A model generated the notes under the pieces. That model did no database searches and had not been told where the DNA came from. It saw only the letters and a program-made list of their open reading frames with translations. From the IMG/VR virus record IMGVR_UViG_3300037602_000037: DNA of 64,000 nucleotides; one strand, 5' to 3'. The position numbers were made by a program, and so were the translations under genes. Shown in pieces: positions 56,422-64,000 of this stretch (position 1 is the stretch's first letter; every line of letters begins with the position of its first letter). Source of the stretch: a virus. Lineage: Duplodnaviria; Caudoviricetes.

Positions 56422-56684
56422 TACTCAATTGAATACTGCACTATTTCATCCCTATTGACGGATGCTGATAAGTATATTTCACTTCCAGAAGGTACCATAT
56501 CTGAAGTAAACTTATTATTAATAAGTATTGATTTCCAAGGTCTTACCCCATGCTTATAATGTATGGTAGTAGGAACATCATTACGCAGTAATTCTAATTT
56601 GAAAGAAGAAATAATAGTGATAGATGGTGATTCTACAATAGTCCGGTAATGCTGACTACCAGTTAGTTCTCCACAACTTTTCAT
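56418..56684 (-). CDS. hypothetical protein
   Basis: GGAGG RBS at end of PAAR gene. Confidence 0.5.
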   Translation of the reverse strand: MKSCGELTGSQHYRTIVESPSITIISSFKLELLRNDVPTTIHYKHGVRPWKSILINNKFTSDMVPSGSEIYLSASVNRDEIVQYSIEY

Positions 56685-56685
56685 C

Positions 56686-56943
56686 CTATAACCCTCCGAT
56701 GAAAACATTTGGAGAGCCTGAAGCTCGCGGATCGCCAGATTCATCTGCATCACCCTTTCTATTAACCGGTTTACCCTCTATGGAAACCGTTGAAGACCCA
56801 TTAGCTGTACGTATTCCAGGTCCAATAATAGTACTGCCGTCTACGCTGGCAAGTTTTTCATTTATGAAAACTGAGCTTTGTGGAATAGAAGATATAACAC
56901 CACCAGCTTCATTTGCATCACCTAATCTATGAGCATCTTTCAT
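56686..56943 (-). CDS. PAAR-like spike tip protein
   Basis: AHRLGD, SVFIN, GSSTVSIEGKPVNRKGD, GSPNVFIG. Confidence 0.85.
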   Translation of the reverse strand: MKDAHRLGDANEAGGVISSIPQSSVFINEKLASVDGSTIIGPGIRTANGSSTVSIEGKPVNRKGDADESGDPRASGSPNVFIGGL

Positions 56944-57297
56944 TTATTTATCTTTCAGTTTACTTTCTACCCATTTTTTACCCGGATCGCCACCCCATAG
57001 TAACCAAGCTATATATCCAGCACTTGGATTTTCTTTGTTATCCCAATTTTTACCTTTCTTGTCTACTTCATGACGTGCGAAATAACTCTTCATACGCTTC
57101 ATAGTAGATAATGATAGGTTCTTTTGGTTACTTAAATCTCGCGCCCTAGCGACACCTACCTGGGTACCTCCACGTTTAAACTTTTTACGTAGCTCTAGTC
57201 CTTTTTTGGCAGCGTTAGCGACTGCTTTTGGAGGACTAAAAGATTCAGAAGCTGTTTCAACCATATTAGCTATTATGTCATTCAGGGGTTTGGACAC
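56944..57297 (-). CDS. conserved phage protein
   Basis: GGTQVGVARA...RMKSYFARHEVDK...IAWLLWGGD. Confidence 0.7.
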   Translation of the reverse strand: MSKPLNDIIANMVETASESFSPPKAVANAAKKGLELRKKFKRGGTQVGVARARDLSNQKNLSLSTMKRMKSYFARHEVDKKGKNWDNKENPSAGYIAWLLWGGDPGKKWVESKLKDK

Positions 57298-57592
57298 GTT
57301 TCACCTCTACTATATCAGCACCAATAATTACGAAACTGCCAGTACCCTTAATACGGTACTCTTCACAGTTGTAACCAGTAATGTTTTGTATTCCTACAGA
57401 AAGATCTTCAAGTTTAATCCAGTCAAGACCATGACCCATATGACCTTCAAGGTCTAATACTCCATCGGCTAGTACCTGTATAGTGACGTCTTTTAAAAAT
57501 CCTTCCGGACCTGCATTGTACGCACCTATTCGATTGACTTTGAAGTTAAATTCTTCATCGTCAAGAGTTCGATAATAATTACTTGTACCCAT
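57278..57592 (-). CDS. hypothetical protein
   Basis: Coupled ORF. Confidence 0.6.
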   Translation of the reverse strand: MGTSNYYRTLDDEEFNFKVNRIGAYNAGPEGFLKDVTIQVLADGVLDLEGHMGHGLDWIKLEDLSVGIQNITGYNCEEYRIKGTGSFVIIGADIVEVKRVQTPE

Positions 57593-57593
57593 T

Positions 57594-57953
57594 TTATTTT
57601 CCTTCTGCGCTGCTAGTATTGGCTATACGTATACGTTTGGTAGCTAGATCATAACAACTAACTATTCGATTATTAGCTTCGAATAAGGCTATATCAGCTT
57701 TCTTACCGAGAACAGCCACGCTGTCACTGTCTTTATAACCAGGATCTACTTTATTACCACATACCCGTGGTAACGGTTTTATACGTAGATTTTCCCTAAC
57801 TTGATCTTGCTGTGATATAGCATCTGTTATTTGTTGCGAAGCTGATTTGGCTACTTCAGATTGAGCTACTTTTTGCTCATCTGTTAAGCAACCCGTTAAA
57901 ATAATCAGGGGGAGCAGGAGAACCAATTTGGTCAGGGTTGCTCTGTAGTTCAT
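57594..57953 (-). CDS. o-spanin (Rz1-like lipoprotein)
   Basis: Lipobox ILTGC; overlaps 3' end of i-spanin in another frame. Confidence 0.75.
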   Translation of the reverse strand: MNYRATLTKLVLLLPLIILTGCLTDEQKVAQSEVAKSASQQITDAISQQDQVRENLRIKPLPRVCGNKVDPGYKDSDSVAVLGKKADIALFEANNRIVSCYDLATKRIRIANTSSAEGK

Positions 57954-58332
57954 TTAACTGACTCCGTGCTTTAGATAATTCTTCTTTGCTGCTTTCAAGT
58001 TGTTGCTCAAATTCTTCCAAAGCTTCTTGGTTTTTCCTAATTATTTCTTCTTTTTCAGCTAGTAACTTAGCTCTATTGTCAAGCAACTTTTGCTTATTAT
58101 CAATGATAGTCTGTTGCGCTTCTATTTTAGCCCCAGCTACTAATTCCGCTATAGCATCTGCCACTAAACTTTTGTTATACGCGTATCCTACTATTAAAGC
58201 TATGATAATTATACCAACTGGTATTTTTAAAGGCGTTTTAGCAACTTCCCAAAGAACTTTTAAAATACCCTTGAGGGCGTTATAAACGCCCCCAAAGATT
58301 GTATTAGCAGCTAGTCCGGATAGTAAGCCCAT
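57877..58332 (-). CDS. i-spanin (Rz-like)
   Basis: N-terminal TM then coiled coil; downstream of endolysin. Confidence 0.75.
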   Translation of the reverse strand: MGLLSGLAANTIFGGVYNALKGILKVLWEVAKTPLKIPVGIIIIALIVGYAYNKSLVADAIAELVAGAKIEAQQTIIDNKQKLLDNRAKLLAEKEEIIRKNQEALEEFEQQLESSKEELSKARSQLNELQSNPDQIGSPAPPDYFNGLLNR

Positions 58333-58342
58333 GGCTAAATCC

Positions 58343-59626
58343 TCATTTGTTAAATATTACACTAGCAACTTCTTCTAGGTAAGACTCACTATCTGCCTTA
58401 TCCTTTTTGAGTTTATCAACACCACGCTTAACGCGAATACGATCACGTATAGCCATAAATGATAATACTATGGTAACTATTACTAACAGTATCATGCCAG
58501 CCTGTACAATAGGATCTGCATTTACGAACCAATCCCAAGCACCGTTAAGGACGGCAGTAACCATGGTACCGCCACTAAATACATAAGACAGCACAGTCTT
58601 AGACTCGAACAGTGGCTTATCCTTGCTTTCCAGTTCTTCTGGAATATCAGCAGGTACTTCAACTACTTCATTAGTTTCTTCTTCGTAGCTGCTAATTAAC
58701 TCTGCAGGAGCCATTTCTATTGGCTGCTCAAGTAATTCCAGCACGTTATCTATAGCTTCGCGAGTGTTTTTACCTATTACACCATCCACGTTAAGACCCG
58801 CGTACTTTTGGAAAGCTTTCGCAGCCTTCGTAGTTTTAGTACCATTCCACCCGTCTACTTTACCAACGTGGAATGCTTTACGCCCCTTAAGTTCAGAAAT
58901 ACGATTAAGCTTACCTTGGTACTCCATTAACAGTTTGTTAGGCTTACTAGGAGCTTTCTTAGTCTTTGCAGGTCCTTCATCAGTTATAAGTATCTTACGT
59001 GCTCGGTTAATAGCAGTAGTACGTTGCTTTAACCCGTTGTAACCGCCGTTGATAGCTTTAGTAGAAGCACGTATTTGGCCTTTACCTGCATAGAGATAAA
59101 CTTTGTTCTCTAACCAGTACCATACCGCGCTGTAAATAGCCCAAGGCATCCTACGTACTTCTTCCGGGTAACGAACAAAGTCCGGCGCATTTTTACCAAA
59201 AGATTGTTTATGAATCCACTTATTAAATTCATTATAGTTATACGCACCTGTCAATTGTTTTATACCGCCGCCACGGTAGTTCCAACCATCGTCCGTTCCT
59301 GAACGATTACCCATTCGTCCGTTATAGACGTAGTTAGCAAGAGCGCGAGGATTTTTAGCGTACTTTTTAGCTACGCTGTAGTTAGGAAATCTATTAGGCC
59401 ATACTTGCCTAAGACGCTTAGCTGAGTAATAAAGATTTTCTTCCAGACGGGTGAAGTACGTGCTTTCTACGGCGCAATGTCCTAAGAAAAATGCCATCCT
59501 TGACGGAGTGTCAACTTTGAATTCTTCTAAGTTGTCATTTAGGATGTTAACTATAGACATCGCCATAGTCATATTAGCACGTCCATAACTAATATCTTTT
59601 ACCTGTGAAGTAGTGAGGTAATTCAT
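58343..59626 (-). CDS. GH19 endolysin with peptidoglycan-binding domain and C-terminal TM segments
   Basis: FLGHCAVES, EENL.YS, DGWNYRGGG..QLTG..NY, INGG.NG; AFQKYAGLNVDGVIG. Confidence 0.88.
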   Translation of the reverse strand: MNYLTTSQVKDISYGRANMTMAMSIVNILNDNLEEFKVDTPSRMAFFLGHCAVESTYFTRLEENLYYSAKRLRQVWPNRFPNYSVAKKYAKNPRALANYVYNGRMGNRSGTDDGWNYRGGGIKQLTGAYNYNEFNKWIHKQSFGKNAPDFVRYPEEVRRMPWAIYSAVWYWLENKVYLYAGKGQIRASTKAINGGYNGLKQRTTAINRARKILITDEGPAKTKKAPSKPNKLLMEYQGKLNRISELKGRKAFHVGKVDGWNGTKTTKAAKAFQKYAGLNVDGVIGKNTREAIDNVLELLEQPIEMAPAELISSYEEETNEVVEVPADIPEELESKDKPLFESKTVLSYVFSGGTMVTAVLNGAWDWFVNADPIVQAGMILLVIVTIVLSFMAIRDRIRVKRGVDKLKKDKADSESYLEEVASVIFNK

Positions 59627-59695
59627 ATCATTCTCCTTTAGTTACTGTACTATAATTAATGTGTACAACTATGGTAGTTTCCAATTAGTATTATC

Positions 59696-60337
59696 TTACG
59701 GCCATAACGAATGGGTAAGATAATTAGATGGTTTAGGATCCATCTCATTAAGTAAAAACGATGCTTGCCAAATTGGTTGACGAAAGGTAGTAGCAGCAGA
59801 AAGAATTTGTTGCCATTCCATAGCTGTAATTTGTACTGGTCCTGTATCTGTAAATATATTGATACTTTTTTCTGTATTACCTAAAGCAATTGCTGCATTA
59901 GAAGCATCAGTAACTTCTTCCCACCCTTTACGATCTTCCGGTGTGGTACCGATACGATGAATACCTCTACTATCTCCGAAGTCGTAATCAAACCCTAGCG
60001 CTAAACGTCTTTCCCTTTCAGTAATAATCATTTGCTCAGTAACTACAATGTCAACTTCATCACTATTTTCAATGTTGTACATATATTGTAGTTGGGTGTA
60101 ATGGTTTCCTTGTGACGCCTCCAAATGAGGTTCCATAAAATCTTGGATTGCGGTCAAAATAGTAGCATCGTCAGTTTCGTCAGAAATCTGGTGATTAGAT
60201 ATATCAATCTGGAATCCGTGAGGCGTTTCTACACCAACAAAATCAGAATGGGAAATCATCACCTGCCCCTGTACAATAGTGACGTATCCATTACTTTTCC
60301 ACTTTCTATGAATATTCCAATTTTTGTTAAATGTCAT
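59696..60337 (-). CDS. tail fibre assembly-type protein (DUF4376-like)
   Basis: ITERERRLALGFDY...; downstream of fibre genes. Confidence 0.6.
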   Translation of the reverse strand: MTFNKNWNIHRKWKSNGYVTIVQGQVMISHSDFVGVETPHGFQIDISNHQISDETDDATILTAIQDFMEPHLEASQGNHYTQLQYMYNIENSDEVDIVVTEQMIITERERRLALGFDYDFGDSRGIHRIGTTPEDRKGWEEVTDASNAAIALGNTEKSINIFTDTGPVQITAMEWQQILSAATTFRQPIWQASFLLNEMDPKPSNYLTHSLWP

Positions 60338-61401
60338 TCTATGGCTCCTTGAATTGTACCACTGTTATTTACTGTAACAGTTTCAATTAAATAAATAGCT
60401 CTACCAGCGGCGCCACCCGATGATCCTGATACGCCCGCGACACCAGATGTGTAATTACCAGCATTACCTGTAGCCCCTGTAGATCCTGGTGATCCAGCTA
60501 CACCCCAAGTACCACCAGCTCCACCAGTTCCACCAGTTCCACCTGTGCCAGCATTGGTTCCACCTGCTGAACCAGCTGAACCAGCCGAACCACTGGTGAC
60601 AGATTGGCCATACCCTTGGCCGCGCCCGCCATTGCCACCGGCGCCACCAGCACCGCCACTTGTGTAAGCAGTGGCAGGGTAAGACCTGCGTATGTAATTG
60701 TAATAAATAGCTTGGGATCCAGGAGCCGGAGAACCTCTATAGTAAGTGTAGCCGCCAACAGTGACCACACCTGACGCGGCTGCTGCACCGGAAGAAATAG
60801 CACTATTGGCAAACACCACCGGGTAATTAATACCAGACCCTCCATAATAATAAAGCGGATGATTGTTAAGTTCGATAAACCAACTAGAGTAAACAGGGTA
60901 AGAGTAAGACCCTTGCCCGCCAGTACCGCCAGCGCCACCAGCCCCGCCGCCGCCACCGCCCGCGCGAATTGAACCCGTATTGTTGATAGTAACTCCTGTT
61001 TGCTCTACTAATATAGCGTTACCACCCGCGCCTCCATTGGATGGTCCATATCCACCTTGAACTTCACCCTGCACGTTTATTGTCAGGGTTCCTCCACGAC
61101 CAGTACCTGTACGTAGAGCATTGTATGATGCAGCATCAGTAGAACCCACTATCACACCAACAGGAATAGTTACAATCTTATCTTTGTCACTAGACCAATC
61201 ACTTGGATCGAATAAGTTCGATAAATCAAGATTAGTAGTCGTTTCTGATACTGTATACTCAATAGCCGCTTTAAATATCTCTACCCAAGAACCTTCTACT
61301 TTTTGGTGTATACTTTTAGATGGTACCCAAGTACCTCCGTCTTTAACGAATATATCTTTAGGTTCATGCCAGGAACCACCTGACTTAAAGTAAGTAACCA
61401 T
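60334..61401 (-). CDS. glycine-rich tail fibre/adhesin protein
   Basis: GGGGGGAGG polyglycine tracts flanking an aromatic-rich segment. Confidence 0.75.
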   Translation of the reverse strand: MVTYFKSGGSWHEPKDIFVKDGGTWVPSKSIHQKVEGSWVEIFKAAIEYTVSETTTNLDLSNLFDPSDWSSDKDKIVTIPVGVIVGSTDAASYNALRTGTGRGGTLTINVQGEVQGGYGPSNGGAGGNAILVEQTGVTINNTGSIRAGGGGGGAGGAGGTGGQGSYSYPVYSSWFIELNNHPLYYYGGSGINYPVVFANSAISSGAAAASGVVTVGGYTYYRGSPAPGSQAIYYNYIRRSYPATAYTSGGAGGAGGNGGRGQGYGQSVTSGSAGSAGSAGGTNAGTGGTGGTGGAGGTWGVAGSPGSTGATGNAGNYTSGVAGVSGSSGGAAGRAIYLIETVTVNNSGTIQGAIE

Positions 61402-62996
61402 TATATTTTAACCCATATGTCCCCATTTTCCCCGCCTGAAGGATCAGATGAGGATATGGTCATATTACTTGAAGCTAAAGAACCTAATGAAGATGCGTCT
61501 GCCTTGTAATCAACCGTTTTAGTATATTGAACGGATAAGCCAGATAAATCATCTATAGCCGATATTAAGAACCCCTTAGATATATCTTCTGATGTAACAT
61601 AATGCTGGTTAACTTCTTTAATACTTACCCTTGCATATGTACCAATGTTATTATTACCAATTACCCAACCCGCTCTACTTGAGCCATCATTAACCCATCT
61701 TACTACGCAAGGTTCTTCTCCAGAAATCATTTGAGCGTAGTACCCAGAGCTATACCAAGAATTTCCAATATTATACCCAGCGAGATAGAGCGTAACTGGT
61801 GTACTACTAGTGAAGGTGTAAATTTCCACTACAATTGATACCATACCGGCATTACTAGCTGACGTAGGCATCATAATTTTAATGTAATTTGCTGACAAGT
61901 TACTATGTTCGTAGAAACCGCCGCCAGGATTTAAGTGGCGGTTAACGGTGGTTTCTAAATTTATGTCATTTAATACAAAACTCTTGAATTTTTCAAGAGT
62001 TTGCCTACTAATAAATCCGTCTGAACTATCCTCTATAAATACATGGGACGGCTTATCAGTAACTTCAAGTGCACTAGTGTAAAACTTAGTGCCGTATATA
62101 TTACCATTACCATCTCTGGCTACCAACGTATTAGGTACAGACGACGTAGAGGTACTAAAACCGTCAACAGTATCCGCATCTAATCCTGAACCCGCTCCAT
62201 CAACAGTTAACAGTTTGGCAAGTACGTCTGCTGCTGTGTACGAACTAGCTGCTAAGAAATAAGATTTAGCTTCACCACCCAATGTGTCAGCCGCTTTACC
62301 CCACGCTTGAGCAGCGGCTTTTAAAGCAGTTGCCGGCCAAGCTTTAGCGGTTGTACCATCTCCAGCTGTAGCTTCAGTGTTATCTCCTGAAGCTATGTTA
62401 TTAGCGTTATTATCAATGGCGTCTAGCTTACTTTTATCCGCTGAAGACATAAAACCAGCAGATTCAGTAGTAGCTCCAGAATGTAAAGTACCTCCACCTC
62501 TAGTACCATGTGAAGTATCACTGAACCTAGCTGAAGGAATTGACCCTGTATTCAAATTACTAGCATTTAAAAAATGGGTAGCTTCTAAACCGTCTAAGGT
62601 ATCTGCATCTAGACCTGAGCCGTCACCGTCAACAGACTTCACCACAGTTAGTAGTTCCGCCGCTGATAAATTTATTTCTCCTGGTAAACCTCTAAGATTT
62701 CCTGTTGTAACAGTATATACGCTACCATCCTCCGTGGTAAAGGTTATATCGTATGCGTAGTTATCCTCAGAGTTAACTGCTATTTCCACGTTTGAAATAG
62801 GCGCTGCAGAACTAGCGGTTTTAACCCAATATGATATATTTGTTGGTAGTGTACCAACTGGAGGACTAGATCCCAACTTAACTCTATACGTACTTCCAAG
62901 GTAAAATACTTCATCAAGCTGGTTATACTGAATTGCCTCGTCAAAAGAACCTTTATGATCAGGTATTATTTTACCTAAATTTTGAGCAGATGGCAT
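61401..62996 (-). CDS. tail fibre protein
   Basis: Repeated VDGxGSGLDADTxDG motifs; GFMSSADKSKLD. Confidence 0.8.
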   Translation of the reverse strand: MPSAQNLGKIIPDHKGSFDEAIQYNQLDEVFYLGSTYRVKLGSSPPVGTLPTNISYWVKTASSAAPISNVEIAVNSEDNYAYDITFTTEDGSVYTVTTGNLRGLPGEINLSAAELLTVVKSVDGDGSGLDADTLDGLEATHFLNASNLNTGSIPSARFSDTSHGTRGGGTLHSGATTESAGFMSSADKSKLDAIDNNANNIASGDNTEATAGDGTTAKAWPATALKAAAQAWGKAADTLGGEAKSYFLAASSYTAADVLAKLLTVDGAGSGLDADTVDGFSTSTSSVPNTLVARDGNGNIYGTKFYTSALEVTDKPSHVFIEDSSDGFISRQTLEKFKSFVLNDINLETTVNRHLNPGGGFYEHSNLSANYIKIMMPTSASNAGMVSIVVEIYTFTSSTPVTLYLAGYNIGNSWYSSGYYAQMISGEEPCVVRWVNDGSSRAGWVIGNNNIGTYARVSIKEVNQHYVTSEDISKGFLISAIDDLSGLSVQYTKTVDYKADASSLGSLASSNMTISSSDPSGGENGDIWVKI

Positions 62997-63034
62997 GATT
63001 TTTCCTACTATCTAGTAATTATAGGTTCTGAGTA

Positions 63035-63367
63035 TTAAATTTGTTCCCAGTTTTCAATGTCTTCTTTCCATATGTACGTATTACCATCATTTGGGTAATC
63101 AATAGGAGGTATCCAATCATGATTTTCATTTAATACCCAACTATTAAAAGGCTTGGGTGCTATAAAAATATCATTAACAGGATCGTAAGTAAATCCTATT
63201 CCTGGAAATTGTTTTCTTATGCTATTGTTATAACTACATTGTATCCAGGTACCACCTAATTTTAAATCCTTACTTAAATAATCATTACCTCTTTGTTCTT
63301 CGTAATCAGGAATTACTAAAACTTGTGTTACTATGCTATTTTCATTGATTTGAGCAAAATGTGCCAT
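63035..63367 (-). CDS. conserved phage protein associated with Gly-rich fibre genes
   Basis: MAHFAQI...WIQCSYN..IRK.FPGIGFTYD..DIFIAPKP. Confidence 0.7.
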   Translation of the reverse strand: MAHFAQINENSIVTQVLVIPDYEEQRGNDYLSKDLKLGGTWIQCSYNNSIRKQFPGIGFTYDPVNDIFIAPKPFNSWVLNENHDWIPPIDYPNDGNTYIWKEDIENWEQI

Positions 63368-64000
63368 TATATTGCGTACCTCACAACTACTAGTCCAGAA
63401 CCACCGGACGCACCGTATACTATCGGGTCAGAAGCACTTCCGTATCCATTACCTCCTACGGCGGCACCACCACCACCGCCGCCTGTGTTAGCTGCTCCGG
63501 CAATAGGATTAAGAAACACTGAACCGTTAACTTGCGCACGGCCACCATATCCCCCACCTCCGGTACCACCTAAAGCGTAGTCATAACCTGTAGCAGAAAC
63601 TCCGAATTGAACACCGCCACCGCCGCCACCGCCGTAGTAAACACCATTGTACCAAGCTATACCGGGACCACCAGCGCCACCTCTACCGGCGGCACTAGTA
63701 CTAGGAGCTGGAGCTACACCTCCAGCACCACCGCCACCACCGGATGCGAACATGAGTGCGGTGTTACCACTATCGTAGCCGTTATTACCAGCGTTACCTT
63801 GTCCCGGTACGCCACCTGCCGCAGAAGAATTGTTACTATGGTGGCCACCACCACCTGAACCGCCTGAAGCACCATTATAATGGACACCGGCGGACATAAG
63901 GCCACCGTAACCACCACCATAGGCCGTGTAACCAAATGCTACGCTATTAGTACCATTCACGTTTAACGAACCACCTGCGCCAACAATCATGTTGTAACCA
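63367..64000 (-). CDS. glycine-rich tail fibre-type protein (5' truncated by window)
   Basis: GGSGGGG, ANTGGGGGG, GGSGLVVVRY C-terminal motif. Confidence 0.75.
   Translation of the reverse strand, partial: GYNMIVGAGGSLNVNGTNSVAFGYTAYGGGYGGLMSAGVHYNGASGGSGGGGHHSNNSSAAGGVPGQGNAGNNGYDSGNTALMFASGGGGGAGGVAPAPSTSAAGRGGAGGPGIAWYNGVYYGGGGGGGVQFGVSATGYDYALGGTGGGGYGGRAQVNGSVFLNPIAGAANTGGGGGGAAVGGNGYGSASDPIVYGASGGSGLVVVRYAI

Noticed and set aside
1-64000. Alternative genetic code / stop-codon reassignment
   Set aside because: Long core genes are intact in the standard code, all three stops terminate genes, and no suppressor tRNA was seen.

Overview
AT-rich window from a large lytic tailed dsDNA phage (myovirus-like; some small gene families suggest an alphaproteobacterial host, which is unproven). 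1-38 kb (+ strand) holds replication, recombination and packaging genes: RecA/UvsX, two-subunit type II topoisomerase, RuvC-like resolvase, terminase large subunit, primase, SF2 and DnaB helicases, clamp-like protein, family A DNA polymerase and a PD-(D/E)xK nuclease. It also holds 7-deazaguanine DNA-modification genes (folE, a TGT/DpdA-like gene, a QueC-like gene; a second queC lies at 51.1 kb). 38-56 kb is an accessory region with small ORFs, nucleotide-metabolism genes (dut, thyA, Nudix, MazG-like), tRNAs and structured non-coding stretches. 56-64 kb (- strand) holds PAAR, spanins, a GH19 endolysin and tail-fibre genes. The most unusual signal occurs twice: a tRNA gene is split into 5' and 3' halves with matching acceptor stems, and between them sits a cassette of [complete different tRNA gene + HNH endonuclease] whose stop codon abuts the 3' half. 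This looks like a tRNA-carrying homing cassette that invades tRNA genes. Three promoter motif classes, several candidate ncRNAs and three apparent 1-nt frameshifts were also seen. All calls come from reading motifs by eye; no searches were run.
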